This document shows, one piece after another, positions 1 through 9,095 of a stretch of 36,470 nt of DNA. The notes below the pieces were generated by a model. It saw nothing but the letters and a program-made list of their open reading frames with translations. It was not told where the DNA came from and searched no databases. How positions within the stretch are numbered: the stretch's first letter is position 1; each line of letters starts with the position of its first letter. This stretch comes from a virus. Position numbers and translations under genes: made by a program. The stretch lies in IMG/VR virus record IMGVR_UViG_3300029868_000028; one strand, 5' to 3'.

Positions 1-119
1 AGTGAACAAAGACATGGTGTTGACCTAAGCCAAAAGAGTTTCAAACATCTAACTTTTGATAAATTAGCTGAGAGATATTTTTCAAGCCTTGAACTATCTA
101 GCCAAAAGAGATACCAGCA
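1..119. repeat. Terminal direct repeat, left copy (identical to 36352..36470)
   Basis: Base-by-base identity read directly. An ORF continues across the junction. Confidence 0.95.
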
Positions 120-903
120 AATGTATGAAAAACATATATCAGATAGTTTTGGTGATATGGTCATAGCAAAACTTGAAGATAGTTTAGTAGATGAATTAAG
201 AGCTTTAAAACTTGCTGATGGTTACAGTAATTCAACTGTAGAACAATATGTAAAATTAATTCAAAGAATAGTAAGTTTTGGAATAAGAAGAGGCATTATA
301 TTTTATAGCCCTTTTAGAGATATTAAGCCCTTTAAAATTAACAATACAAGACTTAAATATTTAAGCAAAGATGAGATTAAAACTCTTTTAGAAGTTGTAA
401 AAAATGATGTTGTTTTAAATCTATTTGTAAAAATAGCACTTGGAACTGGTGCGAGAGCTAACAGCATATTATCTATTCAAAAAAAAGATATTAATCTTGA
501 ACATAGAACTATTACACTAAAAGATTTTAAAAGAAATAATACTTATATTGGTTATTTAGATGATGATATATTTGAAGCACTTGCTGAGCATATCAACCAG
601 TTTAAGCCAAATAGCTATGTAGTTTCACTTGATGGTGCTGCAACTAAGTATCAAAAAGTTTATTTATCATTGACAAAAGTATTTAACAAATTTAATCAAG
701 GTCTTAGTAAAAAAGATAGAACTAACCGTGTTGTAATCCATACACTTAGACACACTTTTGCTTCACACTTAGCAATAGCTGGTGTATCAATCCAAGAGAT
801 ACAAAAACTAATGAACCATAAAGATATAAAACAAACATTGAAATATGCAAAACTAATGCCTGATAGTGGTAGAGAGTTTGCAAAAAATCTATATAAAGGC
901 TGA
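1..903 (+). CDS. int: Tyrosine recombinase/integrase 1, C-terminal portion (the N-terminus is at the window end because of circular permutation)
   Basis: Frame 1 is open from base 1. Motifs GTGARANS, HTLRHTFASHL (HxxR) and LKYAKL (catalytic Tyr region) are present. The upstream reading frame continues from 36178..36470. Confidence 0.85.
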   Translation, partial: SEQRHGVDLSQKSFKHLTFDKLAERYFSSLELSSQKRYQQMYEKHISDSFGDMVIAKLEDSLVDELRALKLADGYSNSTVEQYVKLIQRIVSFGIRRGIIFYSPFRDIKPFKINNTRLKYLSKDEIKTLLEVVKNDVVLNLFVKIALGTGARANSILSIQKKDINLEHRTITLKDFKRNNTYIGYLDDDIFEALAEHINQFKPNSYVVSLDGAATKYQKVYLSLTKVFNKFNQGLSKKDRTNRVVIHTLRHTFASHLAIAGVSIQEIQKLMNHKDIKQTLKYAKLMPDSGREFAKNLYKG

Positions 904-905
904 TT

Positions 906-1427
906 ATGGAAGTAGAACTAACTGGACTTAATGAACTATTGAGAGTTCTGAACCCAAAAATATATCGTAAAGCACTGAATAGAACTGTTAATGATATTGG
1001 TGGGAAGATGAGAACACAAACTACAAAAGGTGTTAGAAAAACATACAATGTAAAAGCTAAAGAGCTTAAACAATTTATGAGAATAAGAAAATCAAGATAT
1101 AGCGATATGAAATATATTATGGATGTAAGAAGTAGCCCACTTAATGCTTTTAGATTTGGTGCAAAAGTATTAAAAAAGAGAGGTAATGTGAGTGTTAGAA
1201 TTAAAAAGCCTAATGGTAGAAAAACACTTCAAAGAGCTTTCTTAGCAAAGAACGGTAAAGCAATACTTCAAAGAGAGAAAGGAAGTCAAAAGGTAAAAGG
1301 AGTAATCACATTATCAATACCACAAATGTTCAATGATAAGATACTCAAAGAAGCTAATGATATGGCTACTAAAGAGTTTGGAAGTAAGCTAAAAGATAAC
1401 TTTGAATTCTATATTGGTAAGGTATAA
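906..1427 (+). CDS. Putative virion morphogenesis / tail-completion protein (lambda gpZ / HK97 gp10-like by sequence pattern)
   Basis: The N-terminus LTGLNELLRVLNPKIYRKALNRTVNDIGGKMRTQ resembles these families. This rests on recall only. Confidence 0.35.
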   Translation: MEVELTGLNELLRVLNPKIYRKALNRTVNDIGGKMRTQTTKGVRKTYNVKAKELKQFMRIRKSRYSDMKYIMDVRSSPLNAFRFGAKVLKKRGNVSVRIKKPNGRKTLQRAFLAKNGKAILQREKGSQKVKGVITLSIPQMFNDKILKEANDMATKEFGSKLKDNFEFYIGKV

Positions 1428-1784
1428 AAAAGTGACAAAACTTATGTACAGAAATAGGGACAAAAAAATATTATATATTTTAATGTCAATCTATATCATA
1501 AAACATTTACACACCGTTGTTCATTCAATGTTAACTAACTATACAAATAAATGTAACTATATGGAATATATAAATAAAATAGAGAGGGGCTTGAAACCTC
1601 TATGTAAAGGTACTCCTGGGGCTTTTCTCCTTAAGGGTGTTAGCAAGTGCGAGAAAGTTCTATTTATGAGTTTTCAAACTTGGTTATATTTTACACCTAC
1701 CCTTAACCAACTCCTAAGCCCTAGTGTGTCGAGGTTATTCCAACTTATTCCACTTGGTTATATTTTTGCAAAAGGTGGAATATA

Positions 1785-2414
1785 ATGGCTAAAGTGTACA
1801 TAACTCAAAAGGAATTAGCAGAGTTTTGTGGGTGTGAGCAACCATACATAGCTAAGCTAAAAAAGAAAGGTTTGTTTGATGAGTGTTTAGAAAATAATAA
1901 ATTTCTAAGAAGTAAATCTACTGAAGCAGCAAAAATATATGAAGACAACAAAGATGAAAGATATGAACCACAAAGAATAGCTAATGACCATGTAAGAAAT
2001 GGTGGTGATAAACCTAAAATTTCGCCGGCGAAAAAACCACCTACAAATTCTAATAGTGATTTTGGAATGTTCGATGTTTCATATCTAGGTGTTGAAGCTC
2101 AAAATGAATTAGACTTATTAATTGTTAGTAGCAAATCAGCAGTTCAAAAGATACAAATAAAAGACGCATTTATTGAGTCAAAAAGAAAAGAAAATGAGTT
2201 TAAAAAAGAGCTTGGAGTGTTAATTGAACTAGAAGAAGCTGAAGCACTCATTGAATTAGTTGCTTCAAATATGAAAACAAAAATGTACAATGTACCACAC
2301 TTGCTAAAATCAAAACACTCTAAGATAACCAAAGAACAAGTAAATTATATTTACGATTTAATAGACCTTGCATTTGCAGAATTTTACAAATTTGGATTAG
2401 AAACTAATGAGTAA
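1785..2414 (+). CDS. Putative terminase small subunit (N-terminal HTH)
   Basis: It lies immediately upstream of the large terminase and overlaps it. The N-terminus ITQKELAEFCGCEQPYIAKLKKKG is HTH-like. Confidence 0.5.
   Translation: MAKVYITQKELAEFCGCEQPYIAKLKKKGLFDECLENNKFLRSKSTEAAKIYEDNKDERYEPQRIANDHVRNGGDKPKISPAKKPPTNSNSDFGMFDVSYLGVEAQNELDLLIVSSKSAVQKIQIKDAFIESKRKENEFKKELGVLIELEEAEALIELVASNMKTKMYNVPHLLKSKHSKITKEQVNYIYDLIDLAFAEFYKFGLETNE
2020..2033. repeat. 14-bp palindrome TTTCGCCGGCGAAA, copy 1 (in the small-terminase candidate)
   Basis: Read directly from the sequence. Confidence 0.9.
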
Positions 2415-4257
2415 AATTACAACATTAACCAGTCAACAAACAAAGCTTCTAAAATACACCCAAGCCATTTTAAAACCTAAACCAAAACTAACTGGTTCAG
2501 AGTGGGCTGATAAATATTTTTATTTATCTCCTGAGAGTTCAGCAAGTCCCGGAAAGTGGACAACACTACCTTATCAGATTGAGCCTATTGATTGTATGAC
2601 TGATGAAACTACTGAACAAGTTAGCTGGTGGAAGAGTGCGAGGGTTGGATATACAAAGTGTATAAATATTGCAGTAGCTTATCACATCCATCAAAATCCA
2701 GCTTCAATACTTTTAGCACAACCAACTGAAGCCGAGGCTTTTGGATATGCTGAAGATGAAATAGAACCAATGATTAGAGATAACGATGTAGTTTCTGAGG
2801 TCATTGGTAAGACAACAAAAAAAGGAAAATCAAAAAGAGAGAAAACTGCTAAGAAAACATACCCCGGTGGGATACTTGAATTAGTTGGAGCACATTCACC
2901 AAAGAACTTTAGAAGAAGAACTGTAAGAGTTTTTATAGGTGATGAGATTGATGGTTGGGAACAACAAGCTGGTCAAGAGGGTGACCAACTTGAACTAGGT
3001 AAAAAAAGAACTAATGATTTTTGGAATAGAAAAATAATTTTTGGCTCTTCACCGGGAATAGATGAACTGTCAAAAATTAAACCTGAATTTCTAAGAGGTG
3101 ACCAAAGATTTTATCATTTACCTTGTCCATATTGTGGTCATTTTCATAAGTTAGAATGGGCTAATTTTGATATGCCAAGAGATAAAAGCGGTGATTTAAT
3201 AGAAGAAGAAATTGGTTTTTTCTGTCCTAGCTGCGGAGTTAAATACAATGAAGATAATAAAATTTCAATGATTGAAAAAGGCAAGTGGATAGCTGCTAAG
3301 CCATTTAAAGGTCATGCAAGTTTTCATATATGGGCTGCTTATTCATATAATGCTAATTCATCATGGATAGCAATAGCTAAAGAGTGGTTTGAAGCCCAAG
3401 GAAAAATATTAAAACTAAAAGCTTTTACAATGTTAACACTTGGTGAAACTTGGGAAGATGAACAAGGTGAGAAGATTGAAGATGATGTACTTATGGCTAA
3501 TCGTGAAGATTATACAACTATACCAAGCGAAGCGGTAATTCTAACATGTGGTGTTGATACTCAAGATGATAGATTAGAGGGTGAGGTAAAAGCTTGGGGT
3601 GCTGGTGATGAAAGCTGGGGTGTTATTCCTTTTAGAATTGAGGGCAAACCAAGTCAAAAACAAGTATGGGAAGATTTAGACAATATAATAAATTCAACAT
3701 ATAAAAGAGCTGATGGTGTTCAGCTTAGAGTTAGTTGTACATGTATTGATAGTGGTGGTCACTTTACAAATGAAGTATATAAATATTGTAAAAAAAGAGC
3801 TATTAAAAGAGTGTTTGCAATCAAGGGTTCAAGTATAGCCGGTAAGCCTATAATATCAAGACCTACAACATCTAATAAATTGAAAGTTAAACTTTTTACG
3901 GTTGGAACTGATACTGCAAAAGAGTTAATTTTTTCAAGGCTTCAGCTGAAAGAATTTGGTGAGGGCTTCATGCACTTTAATAAAAACTTTGATGAAGAGT
4001 ATTTTAAAATGCTTACAAGTGAAAAGCTAGTGATAACTTTTAAAAAAGGTAGACCAGTCACGATATGGAAACCAATAAGACCAAGAAATGAGTCTCTTGA
4101 TTACACTGTTTACAATCTAGCAGCTTTATCAATACTAAACCCAAACTATAAAAAAATCCAAGAGAATATTTTACCGGCGAAAAAAGAAATAACTCAACAA
4201 CAAGCAAAAAAACTTTCAAGACCAAAAAAAGGAGGGTGGGCTAATGGCTGGAAATAA
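2407..4257 (+). CDS. terL: Terminase large subunit, lambda GpA family
   Basis: 616 aa. It contains the GpA-like LPYQIEPIDCM...WWKSARVGYTK region and a zinc-ribbon-like CPYCGH...CPSCG. It precedes the gpW-like and portal genes. Confidence 0.85.
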   Translation: MSKITTLTSQQTKLLKYTQAILKPKPKLTGSEWADKYFYLSPESSASPGKWTTLPYQIEPIDCMTDETTEQVSWWKSARVGYTKCINIAVAYHIHQNPASILLAQPTEAEAFGYAEDEIEPMIRDNDVVSEVIGKTTKKGKSKREKTAKKTYPGGILELVGAHSPKNFRRRTVRVFIGDEIDGWEQQAGQEGDQLELGKKRTNDFWNRKIIFGSSPGIDELSKIKPEFLRGDQRFYHLPCPYCGHFHKLEWANFDMPRDKSGDLIEEEIGFFCPSCGVKYNEDNKISMIEKGKWIAAKPFKGHASFHIWAAYSYNANSSWIAIAKEWFEAQGKILKLKAFTMLTLGETWEDEQGEKIEDDVLMANREDYTTIPSEAVILTCGVDTQDDRLEGEVKAWGAGDESWGVIPFRIEGKPSQKQVWEDLDNIINSTYKRADGVQLRVSCTCIDSGGHFTNEVYKYCKKRAIKRVFAIKGSSIAGKPIISRPTTSNKLKVKLFTVGTDTAKELIFSRLQLKEFGEGFMHFNKNFDEEYFKMLTSEKLVITFKKGRPVTIWKPIRPRNESLDYTVYNLAALSILNPNYKKIQENILPAKKEITQQQAKKLSRPKKGGWANGWK

Positions 4258-4450
4258 TGAAGAAAAAAAAGGAGTTGGAAGACCAAGGACTAATGACCCA
4301 AAAATAAAGCTTGATAGTATTAGATTAAAGACTTCTACCATCATTGACATAGAAGTAATAGCTGAAAAACTAGGTGTGTCTAAGAGCCTTTTTGTTCAAA
4401 CTATCTTAGAAAGTGAAATGGAAAAATATAAAAATCTTTTAAAAATATAA
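4244..4450 (+). CDS. Small ribbon-helix-helix-like DNA-binding protein inserted between terL and gpW; paralog of 35492..35668
   Basis: The C-terminus LGVSKSLFVQTILESEMEKYKNLLK aligns with LGVSQNIFMQTILETEIENYAKLLK of the second copy. Confidence 0.5.
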   Translation: MAGNNEEKKGVGRPRTNDPKIKLDSIRLKTSTIIDIEVIAEKLGVSKSLFVQTILESEMEKYKNLLKI

Positions 4451-4520
4451 TTTTTGTCCCCTTTTAAACTATGCCCTTGTTTTGGAATAATACACCTAAG
4501 ATAAAAAATAAGGGTTTAAC

Positions 4521-4757
4521 TTGGCTGACACATTCGCTCAACAAATGCTTACTAAAATTGAAGCTATGCTACTTGGTAAAGTGGATAATGATGTAGCTGA
4601 ATATGAAATAGCTGGTAGAGCTTTAAAAAAATACTCTTTTAATGAACTTCAAAACTTAAGAAAACAATACAAAGGTGAAGCAAAAGCTGAGCAAGTAGCT
4701 GCTGATTTAGCAGCTGGACTTGGAAACCCAAATAGAAAAGTTTTAACTAGGTTTTAA
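4521..4757 (+). CDS. Head-to-tail joining protein, lambda gpW-like (TTG start)
   Basis: 78 aa, located between terminase and portal as in lambda. The Y-x-I-x-GR...ELQNLRKQY pattern is present. Confidence 0.55.
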   Translation: MADTFAQQMLTKIEAMLLGKVDNDVAEYEIAGRALKKYSFNELQNLRKQYKGEAKAEQVAADLAAGLGNPNRKVLTRF

Positions 4758-6223
4758 TGATGAAAATATTTGGATTTGAAATTAAAAGAACTGCACAACC
4801 AAAACAAAAGAAATCTTTTAGTGCTGCTAGTACCGGAAATTTATATGCTTCATGGATACCATCAAATTCAACTGCTGATGTAGATATAAAAAAAGATTTA
4901 AAATCAATTAGAGCTAGAAGTCGTGAACTTATGCGAAATGATGATTATGCTAAGAAGTTTAAAAGAATGATTAAAACTAATGTTATTGGTGTTAATGGTC
5001 TTAAACTTCAAAATCAAGCTAAAGATATTAATGGAAATCTTGATAAAAAAGCAAATCAATCCATAGAAGAGGCTTGGAAACTTTGGAGTAAAAAAGGTAT
5101 TTGTGATGTAACTGGTAAATACTCTTTTGTAGATATTCAGAAAATGATTATGGGAACAATAGCTGAGGATGGTGAAGTTCTTGTTAGAAAAATAAAAGGC
5201 TTTGATAATCCTTTTGGTTTTGCTTTACAGCTGCTGGAAGCTGACCACTTAGATGAGCAGTTTACGGATAGGGATAAAAATATCTTAATGGGTATTGAGT
5301 ATGACCAGTGGAACAAACCAGTAGCTTATCACTTGCATAAAACTCACCCCGGTAATCAAATGTTAACCAATAGAGACACTACAAGAGAAAGAATACCAGC
5401 TGATGAAATCATTCATTTATTTTTACCATTAAGAATTAGTGCAACTAGAGGTGTTCCGTGGATGCACACAGCTATGACTAGAATGAAAATGATTAATGGA
5501 TATGAAGAAGCTGAGCTTGTAGGTGCTAGATTAGGTGCTAGTAAGGCTGGTTTTTATACTCAAACCGCAATAGATGGTGAGTATGCTGGTGATGATATTG
5601 TAAATGGTACACCAGTTAATGAAGTTACACCCGGAGAGTTTGAGGTTTTACCTCAAGGTTGGGATTTTAAAGCCTATGACCCTCAACACCCAAATGCTGC
5701 ATTTAAAGATTTTATGAAAGTAGTTTTAAGAGGTGTTTCTAGTGGTCTTGATGTAAGTTACAACACTTTAGCAAATGATTTAGAGGGTGTTAATTTTAGC
5801 AGCTTAAGAAGTGGTGTACTTGAAGAAAGAGAAGTTTGGAAAGATTTACAAAAATGGATAGGTGAACACCTACATGATGATGTATTTACTGATTGGTTAG
5901 ATATGGCACTACTTACAAAAGCAGTACCACTACCATTCTTTAAATATGACAAGTTTAATAATCCTAGTTGGTTACCTCGTGGTTTTGCTTGGGTTGACCC
6001 ACTAAAAGACTCACAATCAAATATTTTATTAAATAAAGAGGGGCTAAAAAGTCATTCTGAAATATTTGCTGAAATGGGTAAAGATATTGAAGAAGTGTAC
6101 CAGCAGTTAGCAAAAGAGAGAGAACTTAGAGAGCAGTATGGAATTACAACTATTAGTGAAGCTGAGCTAATGCAGCTTATAGCAACAACTATAAAAGAAG
6201 AGGACAAAAAAGATGAAGCTTAA
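4757..6223 (+). CDS. Portal protein, lambda family
   Basis: 488 aa, in the expected position after gpW. The gene is translationally coupled to its neighbours. Confidence 0.8.
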   Translation: MMKIFGFEIKRTAQPKQKKSFSAASTGNLYASWIPSNSTADVDIKKDLKSIRARSRELMRNDDYAKKFKRMIKTNVIGVNGLKLQNQAKDINGNLDKKANQSIEEAWKLWSKKGICDVTGKYSFVDIQKMIMGTIAEDGEVLVRKIKGFDNPFGFALQLLEADHLDEQFTDRDKNILMGIEYDQWNKPVAYHLHKTHPGNQMLTNRDTTRERIPADEIIHLFLPLRISATRGVPWMHTAMTRMKMINGYEEAELVGARLGASKAGFYTQTAIDGEYAGDDIVNGTPVNEVTPGEFEVLPQGWDFKAYDPQHPNAAFKDFMKVVLRGVSSGLDVSYNTLANDLEGVNFSSLRSGVLEEREVWKDLQKWIGEHLHDDVFTDWLDMALLTKAVPLPFFKYDKFNNPSWLPRGFAWVDPLKDSQSNILLNKEGLKSHSEIFAEMGKDIEEVYQQLAKERELREQYGITTISEAELMQLIATTIKEEDKKDEA

Positions 6224-7973
6224 ACCACAATTTAGAGATTTGGAACTTAAAAGTTTTGATGAAGAAAAAAAAACTGTAACACTATCTTTTAGTAGCGAAG
6301 ACCCTTATGAAAGGTATTGGGGTATTGAAATTTTAGACCATTCTACTACATCAGTAAACATGGAACGGCTTAATAATTCGGCACCACTTTTATTTAATCA
6401 TAATCGTGATGAAGTAATAGGTGTTGTTGAGTTTGCAAAGATTGAAGATAAGAGAGGTATTGCAGTCGTTAGATTTGGTAATAGTGAAAAAGCCAAAGAA
6501 GTATTTAGTGATGTGGTTGATGGGATTATGAAAAATGTATCTGTGGGATACCAGATAGATGAAATGAAACTTGAAAGTGAAAAGGATGGTATGGAAACTT
6601 ACCGAGTAACTGGATGGCAACCGTTTGAAATATCAATTGTTTCAATACCAGCTGATAATACAGTGGGTGTTGGTAGAGGTGCTGAAGACTTGAAAGAGTT
6701 AGATGTAAAAATTTTAAATCAAAAAAGAGAGGTAACAATCGTGGATGAAGAACAAAAAAAAGCTTTAGAGCTTAAACAAGCAACTGAAGCAGCTAGAACT
6801 GCTGAGAGAACAAGAGTTAGAGAGATTAGTGCTATTGGTACTAAACATAAACTTGGTGACTTAGCTACTAAAGCTATTGAAGATGGCACTGATACTGATG
6901 ATTTTAGAACATTGGTTCTTGAAAAACTTGGTTCAGCTAAACCAGTTGATACAAAAACAGCTGGAATACAAATGAGTGAAAAAGAAGTACAAGGCTATTC
7001 ATTTTCAAGAGCTTTACATGCTGCTATAACTGGTGATTGGTCTAAGGCTGAAAATGAAAAAGCTGCTAGTAATAAAGTAGCAAAAATGCTAGGAAAAGAT
7101 AGTCGTGGTTTTTATGTTCCTCACCAAGTTCTTAAAAGAGATTTAACGACTACTGCTGGAGCTGCTATTGTAGATACTAATGCTGGTGGTGCTTCATTTA
7201 TTGAAATTTTAAGAAACAAACTTGTAATTGCTAAACTTGGTGGTCAAGTGCTAAGCGGTCTTAGTGGTAATGTTGCTATTCCAAAACAAACTGGCTCAGC
7301 TACAGCATACTGGATTGATGAGGGTGCAAACACTACAGCAAGTGAATTAGGATTAGGCTTAATTGAACTAAAACCAAAAACAGTAAGTGCAAAAACTGCA
7401 TATACTAGACAAATGTTACTTCAAGGTAATCCTGATGTAGAAAATTTAGTCATGAATGATTTAGCGATTAATATCGCTTTAGCGATTGATAAAGCTGCTA
7501 TTAGTGGTACTGGTTTAGCTGGACAACCTCTAGGTATTTTAAATACTACTGGTGTTAATGCGGTTGACTGTAGTACATTAGCTGGTGGTTTGACTTGGAA
7601 TAAAGCAGTTGAATTTGACACACTTATTGCTACAGATAATGCTGATGTTGGAAACATGAATTTTATTAGTGGTGCTGGTGTTACTGGTAAGTTAAAAACT
7701 ACTCTGAAATCAGCTAATGGCTCAGCTTATTTACTTGAAAAAGGTGAAGTTAATGGTTACAACCATACTAGAACAAATCAAGTAGCCGCTAATACTTTAT
7801 TGTTTGGTGATTTTAGTCAAATGATTACCGGTTTATGGGGTGGGCTTGACATTATGATTGACCCATATGAAAAAGCTGATAGCGGTGGTATCGTAATTCG
7901 TGCATTCCAAAGTGTTGACATTGGTGTCCGTTATGCTGAAGCATTTAGTGCTGCTACAAATATTGACCAATAA
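6213..7973 (+). CDS. Fused prohead serine protease (HK97/U35-like) - linker/scaffold - HK97-fold major capsid protein
   Basis: The N-terminal about 170 aa are protease-like (LLFNHNRDEVIGVV...VSIVSIPAD). A charged coiled-coil linker follows. The C-terminal about 300 aa are capsid-like (GNVAIPKQTGSATAYWIDEG...LKPKTVSAKTAYTRQML...). Confidence 0.75.
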   Translation: MKLKPQFRDLELKSFDEEKKTVTLSFSSEDPYERYWGIEILDHSTTSVNMERLNNSAPLLFNHNRDEVIGVVEFAKIEDKRGIAVVRFGNSEKAKEVFSDVVDGIMKNVSVGYQIDEMKLESEKDGMETYRVTGWQPFEISIVSIPADNTVGVGRGAEDLKELDVKILNQKREVTIVDEEQKKALELKQATEAARTAERTRVREISAIGTKHKLGDLATKAIEDGTDTDDFRTLVLEKLGSAKPVDTKTAGIQMSEKEVQGYSFSRALHAAITGDWSKAENEKAASNKVAKMLGKDSRGFYVPHQVLKRDLTTTAGAAIVDTNAGGASFIEILRNKLVIAKLGGQVLSGLSGNVAIPKQTGSATAYWIDEGANTTASELGLGLIELKPKTVSAKTAYTRQMLLQGNPDVENLVMNDLAINIALAIDKAAISGTGLAGQPLGILNTTGVNAVDCSTLAGGLTWNKAVEFDTLIATDNADVGNMNFISGAGVTGKLKTTLKSANGSAYLLEKGEVNGYNHTRTNQVAANTLLFGDFSQMITGLWGGLDIMIDPYEKADSGGIVIRAFQSVDIGVRYAEAFSAATNIDQ

Positions 7974-7983
7974 GGGGTAAATT

Positions 7984-8346
7984 ATGAGTAAAAAATTAAT
8001 AACAATCATCCTTACAAGTGCTATTTTTGTAAGGGGTGTAATGTGTCCAAAAGATAAAGTTTTAAAAATAGCTGAAAGTTCAGATATTAAAAACGATGAG
8101 ATTAATGAGAGAGAAGCTCAAAATCTTATCAACCTTGGTAAAGCAACTGATGAAGTAGATATTGAAATTGAAGAGGTCGGCTTTAGCGAAATGACACTTG
8201 GAGAGCTTGGTGAAGTTGAATTTAAAAAACTAAACAAAGACCCATTATTGGATTTTGCTACAGCATGTGGTCTTGAAATCACTGATGAAAATAAAAATGA
8301 AATCTATGAGCTTATCGCTGATGTAGATTTTGGAGCTGAAGACTAA
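7984..8346 (+). CDS. Hypothetical head-module protein (acidic)
   Basis: The call rests on its position after the capsid gene. No family was recognised. Confidence 0.3.
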   Translation: MSKKLITIILTSAIFVRGVMCPKDKVLKIAESSDIKNDEINEREAQNLINLGKATDEVDIEIEEVGFSEMTLGELGEVEFKKLNKDPLLDFATACGLEITDENKNEIYELIADVDFGAED

Positions 8347-8349
8347 TAA

Positions 8350-8670
8350 ATGAGTATTCAAGGGATGATAGATAATGATTTAGCTGCTTGTTTTAACTTA
8401 GGTGAATTTGCTGATGAAGCTACACACTTTTATGGTGTGGATAGCACTGAGTCACTAAATATAATCTTTGATGAGACAACTGATGTAATACTTGATAAAG
8501 GTGAATATGCTGGTATAGAAGCCACTGTACCATCTTTGCAAGTATCAACAATATTAGCAGTTAATATCAATCATAAATCCCTTTTTACTATTAATGGTTT
8601 TACATATAGTGTTATCGAAGTTCATAAGCAAAATGATAGCACCACTAAAGTTTATTTGGAGAAAGAATAA
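8350..8670 (+). CDS. Putative head-tail connector/neck protein
   Basis: The call rests on position and size only. Confidence 0.3.
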   Translation: MSIQGMIDNDLAACFNLGEFADEATHFYGVDSTESLNIIFDETTDVILDKGEYAGIEATVPSLQVSTILAVNINHKSLFTINGFTYSVIEVHKQNDSTTKVYLEKE

Positions 8671-9092
8671 TGAAACGACAATTAATCGTAACATCTATTG
8701 TTGAACAAATGCAACTAATTAGTAGTGCAAATGGATTTTATACTGAGGCTGGTAAAAATGTTTTTGAGTGGCTAGAAAAACCACTTGATAAAGGTGAGTA
8801 CCCAGCAATCATTATACGAGATATTGCAGATGATACTATTGATAGCCAAACATTAGAGCATGTTTTAAAAATTGAAATTGACATAGCAGTAAGCAATAAA
8901 AAAACAACAACTTGGGATATGAGAGAAGTAACAAGTGATGTTCTAAGGGCTTTTGGTCTACTAGAAAACATCATAAATTATAAATGCAGATACCAAGGTA
9001 GTGATTTTTTAATTGAACAAAAAGATAGTGTATATGGTGGTGTAAGACTTAGTTTTACTATCACTTATTTCACTCCTAGATGGGAACAATAA
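8670..9092 (+). CDS. Putative tail-completion/terminator-like protein
   Basis: The call rests on position and size only. Confidence 0.3.
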   Translation: MKRQLIVTSIVEQMQLISSANGFYTEAGKNVFEWLEKPLDKGEYPAIIIRDIADDTIDSQTLEHVLKIEIDIAVSNKKTTTWDMREVTSDVLRAFGLLENIINYKCRYQGSDFLIEQKDSVYGGVRLSFTITYFTPRWEQ

Positions 9093-9095
9093 AAG

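Noticed and set aside
1402-1785. 127-aa ORF filling the gap between the gpZ-like gene and the small terminase candidate
   Set aside because: No RBS is present, and the composition is odd (Y/L/K-rich at the N-terminus). It overlaps the preceding gene end and spans a region that looks regulatory (cos-like). It is treated as non-coding.
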